Below are positions 1 through 8,542 of a stretch of 37,302 bases of DNA, in pieces; position 1 is the first letter of the stretch, and each line of letters begins with the position of its first letter. Source of the stretch: Cytophagales bacterium (GTDB lineage Bacteria; Bacteroidota; Bacteroidia; Cytophagales; Spirosomataceae). Position numbers and translations under genes: made by a program. The stretch is taken from contig JABMMK010000188.1 of the NCBI GenBank assembly GCA_013205605.1, positions 1 to 37,302 of the forward strand. The letters run 5' to 3'. The notes beneath the pieces were generated by a model. It made no database searches and was not told where the DNA came from. It worked only from the letters and a program-made list of their open reading frames with translations.

Positions 1-822
1 CAAAGCCTGTTGACCAATGTAACCCTTCCTGAAAAAATTTGGCTAGATTGGATTCAAGATTTAACAAACAAAACCATCAGTACGACAGATCAAGCTGAAC
101 CCACCATTTTAGAAGAAATATACCCGACATTCGACGAGCTATTAAACGCGGAAGTGTATTACAGCTCCCCCGCTGATTCATTAGAGGACATGCCAGAAGA
201 CACGGTGATTGAAGATGTCGTTGAGATCAATCAAGAAGTCACTATTACCTTTGAAGAAGAAGAGTCCACTAGTCTCATTGAAAATGATGCTGTAGAGGTA
301 GATGAACTCATTGACCCACAGCCCTCCGAAGATTTTAGTCACGAGAATGATCAAGACGTAAACCAAGAAAATACCTCTGAAATTATTTTGGAGGAAGAAC
401 AAAAAACAGAGGCGCCCATTGAACACATCGACATTGAATTTTCGGTATTAAATTTAGAAATTGGGTCCAAGGCTCCTTCTGAGATAAAAATATTGGATAT
501 GTTAGGGGACTCCCCAGAAGAAAAGGTTTTTGAAACACTTCAAGTAAATCAAGACAATTCCCTAAAAGATCGAATTCATACCGAAATGACTTCGTCCTTA
601 GCCGAAACCCTACCCCTTTTTCAAAAAATCAATTTCATCCAAAATTTATTTGAAGGAGAATCATTATATTTAGATCAAATCATTCAATTCATAGATCATG
701 AGGCAAATAAATCCACCGATTGGAAATCAATTTTGCAAACAAAATATGCTGCATTCCAACGAGTCGGCAATCAAGAATTATGGAATGAACTCTATGAACT
801 CATCGAAAGGAAATTCAGTTAA
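1..822 (+). CDS. Hypothetical protein, probably 5'-truncated: long acidic low-complexity region plus small C-terminal helical domain
   Basis: Frame is open from base 1 (caa agc ctg ttg). The middle is E/D-rich. The C-terminal segment LPLFQKINFIQNLFEG...LIERKF resembles a Bacteroidota conserved hypothetical domain. Confidence 0.75.
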   Translation, partial: QSLLTNVTLPEKIWLDWIQDLTNKTISTTDQAEPTILEEIYPTFDELLNAEVYYSSPADSLEDMPEDTVIEDVVEINQEVTITFEEEESTSLIENDAVEVDELIDPQPSEDFSHENDQDVNQENTSEIILEEEQKTEAPIEHIDIEFSVLNLEIGSKAPSEIKILDMLGDSPEEKVFETLQVNQDNSLKDRIHTEMTSSLAETLPLFQKINFIQNLFEGESLYLDQIIQFIDHEANKSTDWKSILQTKYAAFQRVGNQELWNELYELIERKFS

Positions 823-885
823 TTGGTCTAAATGATCAGTTTTTGAACATAATGCTAGAACTAATTAAAGTAGTTTCATCTAACC

Positions 886-2841
886 ATGAAACTACTTTTT
901 GTTTTTATTTTACTGCATACTTTTCAAGCCATTTTAGCCCAACAATCGGATGTTTATGCGGATGAGGAAAAACAATCCAATTATAATTATTTTCTACAAA
1001 ATCCTCTTCAAATTAATCAAGTAACGGCTGATGAGCTTTCGGCTTTGGGAATCCTGACTTCGGCCCAAATTTCAAACTTTATAGCACATAGGACTCAGGT
1101 TCATTACTTTGAATCCATCTACGAACTTCAAACAATTCATGGCTGGGAATTGGCACTTTTAAAAAAGATAAAACCATTCTTAAGGTGCGATAAAATAAAC
1201 AAAAAATGGCATGACTTTCAAGGAGCAAAACATCAATTTCTCATCAGAAACGAAACTACCCTAGAAGAAAAAAAAGGATTTAGCCCTAAAGATTCCAGAA
1301 GTAAAACGAGGTATTTGGGTAATTCTTGGGGCCAATTAGCTCGATATCGAGGCCAATTAAATACCTACTTGCGCATAGGTGCTTTAATTCAAAAAGATGC
1401 CGGAGAAGTTAATTACCTTGATTTCAAAAGCATTTTTATCGAAATTAAGCCAAACCGTTGGGTCGATAAAATAATCATTGGAGATTTCATCAATCAATGG
1501 GGACAAGGCCTAGTCCAATCAGGTGGTTTTTCATTAGGTAAAAGTTTTGAAAGCATCAAAGCCACACAAAAATTTCATTTGGGCGCGATTCCGTATACAT
1601 CCAGCGGGGAAACCGCCTTTTATCGTGGATTCAATATCCAATTTCATGTGGGCTCATTCAATTTTCAAGCCTTTAGCTCCTTAAGGCATTTGGACGCAAG
1701 CCTAAGTTCAGATAGCACAGGTAATTCAAAACAAATTAATTCCTGGATAGAAGACGGGTATCACAGAACGGCCACTGAAATATCTCATCAATCAACCGTG
1801 GAGGAAACCGCTTGGGGTGGAAGTATGCAATGGATTCACAAACCCACCCATTTGGCTATTCAATTTAATCTATCCAATACGCTATTTTCTTTAGAAAAAT
1901 CAAAATCACTTTTGGCCTACAAGGTGAATGCTTGGTCCGGCAATCAGATTAAAAATTATTCCATGAGCTTTCAAGCCCCCTTACACAACATTCATTTCAC
2001 CGGTGAATTTGCTTGGATGCCTGAAAATCACTTCTCGCTTATCCAAGGAGGAGCCTTTGCCCTTTCTAAAAAAACAGATTTGTCCTACCTATATCGATAT
2101 TACGCACCCTCCTATTTTAGCCCTAAAGCTCAAGGAATTGGAGAAAGTGCAGAAACAACTAATGAAATCGGCTTATTCGTCGGGAATCAAATCACTTTTA
2201 ACAAAAGAAATAAGCTATCGAGTTACCTAGATGTTTTTAGGTTCCCAGGGTTAAAGTATGAAGTATCCCAACTGAATTCATGGGGATGGGAATGCTTGAC
2301 CCGATACCAATGGGAAAAAAGAGGTAAATACACGTTTTTTGGCCAACTTAAATATACGTCTAAACAAAATGATATGAGTCGGAGTAACAAGCAACTTACA
2401 CGAAATCATTTAATTCAAACGAGTCTAGACTTACACCAGTTTAGAGCGAAGAAACTGGATTTTCACACGCGAATCATGACATGTTTACTGGTAGGTGCAA
2501 ATACCAAGGAAACAGGCTTGCTAATCCTGCAAGATGTCAAATACCAAATACGTTCTTTAGGAGTTCAATTAAGGATCGGGTTTGTAAGTTCCTCCTCCTA
2601 TGATTCAAGACTATATGCCTATGAAGTGGGTGTTCCATTATCATTTTCACTCCCCGCTTATTATGGACATGGTTTCAGAAATTGCCTGGTGCTGGATTAT
2701 AAATGGACAAAAAATTCAACGTTTTCTCTGAAAATCGGAAGGACAAACTACCTTGATCGGGATGAAATTGGCTCTAGTCTAGACCTGATTAGGGAATCAC
2801 ATAAAACAGATGTGACGTTTCAGTGCCAACTATTTATGTAG
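886..2841 (+). CDS. Helix-hairpin-helix (ComEA-like) domain protein with predicted outer-membrane beta-barrel
   Basis: Sec signal peptide. HhH-like segment PLQINQVTADELSALGIL...FESIYELQTIHG. The remainder has amphipathic aromatic beta-strands and the family motif GQGLVQSGGFSLGKS. Confidence 0.75.
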   Translation: MKLLFVFILLHTFQAILAQQSDVYADEEKQSNYNYFLQNPLQINQVTADELSALGILTSAQISNFIAHRTQVHYFESIYELQTIHGWELALLKKIKPFLRCDKINKKWHDFQGAKHQFLIRNETTLEEKKGFSPKDSRSKTRYLGNSWGQLARYRGQLNTYLRIGALIQKDAGEVNYLDFKSIFIEIKPNRWVDKIIIGDFINQWGQGLVQSGGFSLGKSFESIKATQKFHLGAIPYTSSGETAFYRGFNIQFHVGSFNFQAFSSLRHLDASLSSDSTGNSKQINSWIEDGYHRTATEISHQSTVEETAWGGSMQWIHKPTHLAIQFNLSNTLFSLEKSKSLLAYKVNAWSGNQIKNYSMSFQAPLHNIHFTGEFAWMPENHFSLIQGGAFALSKKTDLSYLYRYYAPSYFSPKAQGIGESAETTNEIGLFVGNQITFNKRNKLSSYLDVFRFPGLKYEVSQLNSWGWECLTRYQWEKRGKYTFFGQLKYTSKQNDMSRSNKQLTRNHLIQTSLDLHQFRAKKLDFHTRIMTCLLVGANTKETGLLILQDVKYQIRSLGVQLRIGFVSSSSYDSRLYAYEVGVPLSFSLPAYYGHGFRNCLVLDYKWTKNSTFSLKIGRTNYLDRDEIGSSLDLIRESHKTDVTFQCQLFM

Positions 2842-2842
2842 G

Positions 2843-3883
2843 TCAATAAATATTGACTTCGGTTTCAAGCAAAATTCCAAATTTCTCAAAGACGGAAGCT
2901 TTGATTTTTTCTGCAATTTGTTGGATTTGGCTACCGGTCGCATGTCCATAATTAACCAATACCAAAGCTTGATTTACATGTACACCTGCATCTCCGTCTC
3001 GATAACCTTTCCAACCTGCCTGCTCGATGAACCAGCCAGCAGGAAATTTAATGTCTTTACTCCCCTCGACAGGATAATTAGGTATCCCAGGATATGCATT
3101 TAATAAACGATCCGCTTCTTGAGAGCTTAGCGTTGGGTTCTTAAAAAAACTCCCTGAATTTCCAATTTCCTTAGGGTCAGGTAATTTACTTTTTCTAATT
3201 TCAATCACCACATTCGAGATATCGCTAATCGTAGGATTTCTGATACCTTTTGCATTCAAAACTGTTTGAATGGCCCCATACGAAGTTTTAATATTGGGCT
3301 TTTTACTTAATTTAAAACAGACCGTCGAAATAAGGTATTTACCCTTCCCCGCATGTTTAAAATAACTTTCCCGATAGCCAAACTGGCATTGAGATTTTTC
3401 AAATCGTTCCACCACCAAAGTCTCCAAATTCAAAGCCTCTAGATGATCAAAAGTATCTTTAATTTCAACTCCATATGCACCTATGTTTTGCATGGGGGCG
3501 GCGCCAACGGTCCCTGGGATAAGGGCTAGATTCTCAATTCCTGACCAATTATGCTGTACGGCATAGCTCACCAATTCATCCCAAGATTCCCCCGCACCAC
3601 TTCGTAAAATGACGTAATCTTCATCTTCTTGAATAACTTCAAAACCTTTGATTTCATTCTTGACAACTAGCGCATCAATATCTTTGGTACATAAAATATT
3701 ACTTCCTCCTCCTAAAAATAGATGTGGCACATGTGCGTATTGGCCCGCTTTCAACAAGGCCACATAAGATTCCAAACTCGAAATGATCGTGAAATATTGA
3801 GCCTTGACATCAATCCCAAAGGTATTATATTCTTTTAAAGAATAGTTTTCAAACACCTGTGGAACTGAATTAGATTTAGGCAT
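2843..3883 (-). CDS. murB: UDP-N-acetylmuramate dehydrogenase
   Basis: Motifs LGGGSN, IPGTVGAAPMQNIGAYG, GYRES, GSFFKNP, LETEV. Confidence 0.96.
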   Translation of the reverse strand: MPKSNSVPQVFENYSLKEYNTFGIDVKAQYFTIISSLESYVALLKAGQYAHVPHLFLGGGSNILCTKDIDALVVKNEIKGFEVIQEDEDYVILRSGAGESWDELVSYAVQHNWSGIENLALIPGTVGAAPMQNIGAYGVEIKDTFDHLEALNLETLVVERFEKSQCQFGYRESYFKHAGKGKYLISTVCFKLSKKPNIKTSYGAIQTVLNAKGIRNPTISDISNVVIEIRKSKLPDPKEIGNSGSFFKNPTLSSQEADRLLNAYPGIPNYPVEGSKDIKFPAGWFIEQAGWKGYRDGDAGVHVNQALVLVNYGHATGSQIQQIAEKIKASVFEKFGILLETEVNIY

Positions 3884-3884
3884 T

Positions 3885-4613
3885 TTAAATTAATTTGGTC
3901 GATAAAAATTCCTGCAATTCAGGTACAGTATTCGACATCATATTGGTAGAATTTCCCTCCCACATCTTTTTTCCATCCTTTAAAAACATAATGTATTGCC
4001 CCATTCGCATCACAGAATTCATATCATGAGAAATCACGATGGTCGTAATTCCATATTCAACCGTTATTTCCTGAATCAAAAGGTCAATTTTAACAGCTGT
4101 CAAAGGGTCTAATCCGGAGTTAGGTTCATCGCAAAAAAGATATTTAGGATTCATTACAATGGCCCTTGCTATCCCCACCCGTTTTTTCATTCCACCTGAA
4201 ATTTCAGAGGGCATTTGGTTCGCAGCAGCTTCTAATCCTACCCTTTTTAAACATAACATGGCCTGCTCTGTTTTTTCTTCTAAACCTTGCGAAGTCAGTG
4301 TATCTAAAGGAAATCGAACGTTTTCCAACACCGTTTTTGAATCGAAAAGAGCTCCCCCTTGAAAAAGAACCCCCATCTCCCTGCGAATGGCCTTAACAGT
4401 TTCCTGATCAGCATTCACAAAGTCTCTTCCATCGTAAAGTACTTTGCCTTTTTCAGGTGACAAAATTCCAATCATACATTTCAATAAAACACTTTTTCCC
4501 GTACCACTGCCCCCGATCACCATGTTCGTCATTCCTTGTTTGAATACACCACTCACGCCATCAAGAATGACTCTCCCCTCAAATTTCTTGTGTATGCCTT
4601 TAATTTCAATCAT
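3885..4613 (-). CDS. ABC transporter ATP-binding protein, MlaF/Mkl type
   Basis: Walker A GGSGTGKS, LFQGGALFDS, signature ISGGMKKRVGIARA, CDEP. Start moved to the ATG at 4613 (MIEIKG) because a -7 promoter element lies directly upstream. Confidence 0.88.
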   Translation of the reverse strand: MIEIKGIHKKFEGRVILDGVSGVFKQGMTNMVIGGSGTGKSVLLKCMIGILSPEKGKVLYDGRDFVNADQETVKAIRREMGVLFQGGALFDSKTVLENVRFPLDTLTSQGLEEKTEQAMLCLKRVGLEAAANQMPSEISGGMKKRVGIARAIVMNPKYLFCDEPNSGLDPLTAVKIDLLIQEITVEYGITTIVISHDMNSVMRMGQYIMFLKDGKKMWEGNSTNMMSNTVPELQEFLSTKLI

Positions 4614-4616
4614 GCT

Positions 4617-4624
4617 CAAAATTA
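4617..4624 (-). promoter_or_regulatory. Bacteroidota primary-sigma -7 element (TAATTTTG) for mlaF-like/murB
   Basis: Exact TAnnTTTG match ending 3 nt before the ATG at 4613. Confidence 0.6.
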
Positions 4625-4736
4625 GGTATATTTTATCAAAAATAAACACAAATCACCTTGACTAATTAGATGGCGTGATTCAAAAAATGTGTAAATTGGT
4701 TTATTATATTTACTCAACTCATTAAACCCAATCACT

Positions 4737-5642
4737 ATGTTTTTAATTATTGTCGGAATCGTCCTTTATTTAGCAGGACAAGGTATTGGTAGCCCCAATC
4801 TCGTATTTTCAAAATATAGCCCAACATTCAAAATTGTTGGTATTGTATTTGCCCTCATTGGCTTATTAACTTCTGCTGTAAAGCAAATAGATGCAGGAGA
4901 AGTGGGTGTGCAAAGTGTATTTGGAAAAGTAGTTCCAGAAACATTATCCAGTGGATTAAATTTTGTAAACCCCATTGCCAACGTGTATATTTTCGACGCA
5001 AAAACTCAAAATTATACGATGTCGGCAGTCCATGATGAAGGAGATAAAACAGGTGATGATGCCATTCGAGTACTAACAGCGGACGGTTTAGAAGTAGTGA
5101 TAGACTTAACGGTATTGTTTAGAATTTTACCTTCTGATGCACCCAAAATTTTAAAGGAAATAGGCGAAGATTATAAAAATAAAGTGGTTCGCCCCATTAC
5201 AAGAACTATGATCCGTGATAATGCCGTTTATTACGATGCGGTGGCATTATATTCCATAAAGAGAAATGAATTCCAAACACGTATTTACAATGATATCGAA
5301 AAGAACTTCAAGAAACGTGGCTTAGTATTGGAACAGCTCCTAATCAGAAACATTAATTTGCCCAATTCAGTCAAGCAAACAATTGAATCTAAAATTAATG
5401 CGGAACAAGATGCTCAAAAAATGCAATTTGTCCTTCAAAAGGAAAAGCAAGAAGCCGAAAGAAAACGCGTTGAAGCTCAGGGAATCGCAGATTATCAAAA
5501 AATATTATCCACCGGTTTGAGCGACAAACAATTGCAATATGAGTCGATTATCGCACAAAAAGAATTAGCCAAATCGCCTAATGCCAAAGTAATTATCATG
5601 GGAAGTTCTAAAGGCACACCCATTATATTGGGAAACAATTAA
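4737..5642 (+). CDS. SPFH/prohibitin family membrane protein
   Basis: Two N-terminal TM segments, band-7 domain (IDAGEVGVQSVFGKV, TADGLEVVIDLTV) and coiled coil KEKQEAERKRVEAQG. Confidence 0.92.
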   Translation: MFLIIVGIVLYLAGQGIGSPNLVFSKYSPTFKIVGIVFALIGLLTSAVKQIDAGEVGVQSVFGKVVPETLSSGLNFVNPIANVYIFDAKTQNYTMSAVHDEGDKTGDDAIRVLTADGLEVVIDLTVLFRILPSDAPKILKEIGEDYKNKVVRPITRTMIRDNAVYYDAVALYSIKRNEFQTRIYNDIEKNFKKRGLVLEQLLIRNINLPNSVKQTIESKINAEQDAQKMQFVLQKEKQEAERKRVEAQGIADYQKILSTGLSDKQLQYESIIAQKELAKSPNAKVIIMGSSKGTPIILGNN

Positions 5643-5685
5643 AATGAATGCCTGAAATCATTCCAAATTTTATTGACAGATTTAC

Positions 5686-5720
5686 AAAAAAGGCCGAAGA
5701 ATATATCCTTCGGCCTTTTT
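5686..5720. terminator. Bidirectional intrinsic terminator between the convergent SPFH gene and ribBA
   Basis: AAAAAGGCCGAAG-loop-CTTCGGCCTTTTT inverted repeat with A/T tails on both sides. Confidence 0.85.
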
Positions 5721-5733
5721 ACTTTTGTTCTTC

Positions 5734-6954
5734 TTATTTGCTTAAAATCGAATGCCCCATTTTATCACGTTTCGTCTCTAAGTACTTCTCATTGTGTTTA
5801 TTGGGTGCTATTTCAATCGGAATCGAGTCCACTATTTCAAGGCCATAGCCTAATAAACCAGCTCGTTTTTTAGGATTGTTAGAAATCAACCTGATTTTAT
5901 GTGCCCCCAAATCACGAAGAATTTGAGCCCCTACTCCGTAATCACGCTCATCCATGGAAAAGCCTAACTCTAGGTTCGCCTCAACCGTATCTCGACCAAG
6001 CTCTTGCAATTTATAAGCCTTTAATTTATTCAACAATCCGATGCCGCGACCCTCTTGGAACATATATAAAATGACTCCTTTCCCTTCTTTTTCAACCATT
6101 CCCATGGCGGCGTGCAACTGAGCACCGCAATCACAACGACAACTACCAAAAATATCTCCGGTCACGCAAGAACTATGCACACGCACCATCACCGGATCAT
6201 TTACCTCCCATTCTCCCTTAACTAATGCTAAATGCGTATCTCCCGTATTTTTTTGTTTAAAGGCAATCAATTCAAATTGACCCCATTCCGTTGGCATATT
6301 CACACCAATCTCCCGAGTAATCAATGATTCCGTATTAAGCCTATATTCAATTAAATCTTTAATGGTAACTAATTTAAGATCAAACTTATCGGCTATCTTT
6401 CTAAGATCAGGCAAGCGAGCCATACTACCATTATCATTCAATACTTCAATCAAAACACCTGAAGGCTGAAATCCAGCTAACTTCGCAAAATCCATCGATG
6501 CCTCCGTGTGTCCCGTTCTTCTTAAAACTCCCTCAGATTTACTCTTTAAAGGGAATATATGACCAGGACGACCCAAGTCAGTTGGCCTAGTATTAAAATC
6601 CACCAATGCTTTGATCGTTTTCGAACGATCCCCTGCAGAAATTCCAGTGGTACAACCATTGCCTAATAGATCAACAGACACAGTAAATGGCGTTTCATGT
6701 GAAGTCGTATTTTGATCAACCATCATCTCCAATCCCAAGGCTAAACAACGCTCCTCAGTTAATGAAACGCACATAAGACCCCTCGCCTCTTTAATCATAA
6801 AATTGACCAACTCAGGAGTAATTGCCTCCGAAGCACATATCATATCACCCTCATTCTCACGATCTTCATCATCTGCAACGATAATAATTTTACCCAATTT
6901 AATATCCTGAATGGCGTCTTCAATACGGTCCAATCGAATAGGTAATTCATTCAT
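5734..6954 (-). CDS. ribBA: Bifunctional 3,4-dihydroxy-2-butanone-4-phosphate synthase / GTP cyclohydrolase II
   Basis: Motifs [51 protein letters not shown]. Confidence 0.97.
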   Translation of the reverse strand: MNELPIRLDRIEDAIQDIKLGKIIIVADDEDRENEGDMICASEAITPELVNFMIKEARGLMCVSLTEERCLALGLEMMVDQNTTSHETPFTVSVDLLGNGCTTGISAGDRSKTIKALVDFNTRPTDLGRPGHIFPLKSKSEGVLRRTGHTEASMDFAKLAGFQPSGVLIEVLNDNGSMARLPDLRKIADKFDLKLVTIKDLIEYRLNTESLITREIGVNMPTEWGQFELIAFKQKNTGDTHLALVKGEWEVNDPVMVRVHSSCVTGDIFGSCRCDCGAQLHAAMGMVEKEGKGVILYMFQEGRGIGLLNKLKAYKLQELGRDTVEANLELGFSMDERDYGVGAQILRDLGAHKIRLISNNPKKRAGLLGYGLEIVDSIPIEIAPNKHNEKYLETKRDKMGHSILSK

Positions 6955-6981
6955 ATTTTAAGCAATTATTTAACGAAAACA

Positions 6982-6989
6982 CAAAGGTA
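6982..6989 (-). promoter_or_regulatory. -7 promoter element (TACCTTTG) for ribBA
   Basis: Exact TAnnTTTG match 27 nt upstream of the start. Confidence 0.6.
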
Positions 6990-7042
6990 CGCAGATTTCG
7001 TTCCTATTTTACCTAAATTGCAACATAAATAAATGGAAATTT

Positions 7043-7750
7043 ATGTCGATTGAAGTCCTACATCTCAGCAAATCTTTTGGGCAATCACTGGCGATCAGTG
7101 ACCTAAGTTTTGACTTAAAAATGGGCCAAATAACTGGATTTTTAGGCCCAAATGGAGCGGGAAAATCAACTACATTAAAAATACTCATGGGGCTGGAAAT
7201 TCCTAGTAGCGGGGAAGCCAGAATTTTGGGAGTGGATGTGCAGAAACAAGATGTGAAAATCAAAAAGCAAATTGGGTATTTGGCAGAAAATAATCCCTTG
7301 TATCCCGAAATGTACATCAAAGAATTCTTAAGTTTTATCGGCAAAATTCATGGCTTAAGCTCAACTGCACTAACAAGAAGAATTGCAGAAACCATCGAAT
7401 TAGTAGGCCTAGAAAGAGAGCAAAAAAAGAAAATAAAAGAAATTTCGAAGGGGTACCAACAGCGAGTTGGCCTGGCCCAAGCGATTCTTCATGATCCCAA
7501 AATATTAATTTTAGATGAGCCCACGAGTGGCTTAGATCCCAATCAAATGGAAGAGATTAGATCCTTAATTGTCTCCTTAAAAAAAGATAAGACGATTTTA
7601 TTTTCGAGTCATTTACTGGGGGAAGTCAATGCCATCTGTGATCATGTGCTGTTAATCGACAAAGGCCAATTGAAAGCCAATTGCAGCATAGGGGAAGCAA
7701 AAAATTACCCTGGAGGGATTGAAGCTTTCTTTAAGAATAAGACTAATTGA
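7043..7750 (+). CDS. gldA: GldA-like (gliding motility-associated) ABC transporter ATP-binding protein
   Basis: MSIEV start, GFLGPNGAGKST, IGYLAENNPLY, SKGYQQRVGLAQA, DEPTSGLDPNQ, all typical of GldA. Shorter than canonical GldA. Confidence 0.72.
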   Translation: MSIEVLHLSKSFGQSLAISDLSFDLKMGQITGFLGPNGAGKSTTLKILMGLEIPSSGEARILGVDVQKQDVKIKKQIGYLAENNPLYPEMYIKEFLSFIGKIHGLSSTALTRRIAETIELVGLEREQKKKIKEISKGYQQRVGLAQAILHDPKILILDEPTSGLDPNQMEEIRSLIVSLKKDKTILFSSHLLGEVNAICDHVLLIDKGQLKANCSIGEAKNYPGGIEAFFKNKTN

Positions 7751-8531
7751 CAAGTGTAAAATGATCGGCATCCAAATCCGTAGGGAATTTTGCCCTAAAT
7801 TCAATCAATTCAGGTTTTGAGATGGAATAGGTTTTAATCGAATCTTCTTTGGACAAATTCAGCAAATCATTGCCTAAATACGAAATAAGAGCAGAATCAC
7901 CTTGGTATTGAATTTCATTTCCATCCCGGCCAATTCGATTTACTCCGACCACATAAGCTAAGTTTTCAATGGCACGCGCCCGTAACAATGTATTCCATGC
8001 ATGGGCACGAGCGGCAGGCCAATTGGCCACATAAATAGCTAGGTCATAAGCCAAGTCGGCATTCCTAGACCACACGGGAAAGCGTAAATCGTAACAAACA
8101 AATGCCGCGATATTCCAATTTTTATAAGAAATAACACGTTTTTCATTTCCAGCCGTATAAAACTGGTCCTCGCCTCCCATCCTAAATAAATGTTTCTTAT
8201 CGTAACTGTGAATTTTACCTTCAGGGTCGACAGCCACAAATCGGTTGAAATATTGATTATTTTCTTTACACTTAATACTCCCCACGACTAAAGCATTTAG
8301 TCGATTAGCCATCAATTTAAGCCATTTGATGACCGGACCATGGCCTATTTCAGCTCCTTTATCATTCATGCTAAATCCAGTGCTGAACATTTCAGGTAGG
8401 ACCACCACATCGGTTTGATTGATTAAATGCTGAAGTTTTTCCTCTAATAGGGAGCAATTTGCGAGAGGATCTTCCCAGGCAATTTCGAATTGAACTAAAC
8501 TTACCCTCAAAGGATTATTGGGGCCGGACAT
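7743..8531 (-). CDS. Nitrilase-superfamily amidohydrolase (omega-amidase YafV-like)
   Basis: Catalytic triad motifs LPEMF, YDKKHLF, VCYDLRFPVWSR; also ANWP and RARAIEN. Confidence 0.92.
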   Translation of the reverse strand: MSGPNNPLRVSLVQFEIAWEDPLANCSLLEEKLQHLINQTDVVVLPEMFSTGFSMNDKGAEIGHGPVIKWLKLMANRLNALVVGSIKCKENNQYFNRFVAVDPEGKIHSYDKKHLFRMGGEDQFYTAGNEKRVISYKNWNIAAFVCYDLRFPVWSRNADLAYDLAIYVANWPAARAHAWNTLLRARAIENLAYVVGVNRIGRDGNEIQYQGDSALISYLGNDLLNLSKEDSIKTYSISKPELIEFRAKFPTDLDADHFTLVN

Positions 8532-8542
8532 GTACTGATTGA

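Noticed and set aside
5648-5873. Two 66-aa + strand ORFs after the SPFH gene
   Set aside because: They run through the bidirectional terminator and antisense into ribBA.
6955-7042. FMN riboswitch upstream of ribBA
   Set aside because: The intergenic region is only 88 bp, the promoter element is 27 nt from the start, and no RFN motif is present.
7009-7344. 111-aa minus-strand ORF
   Set aside because: Typical antisense shadow of an ABC ATPase Walker A region (VVDFPAPFGP).
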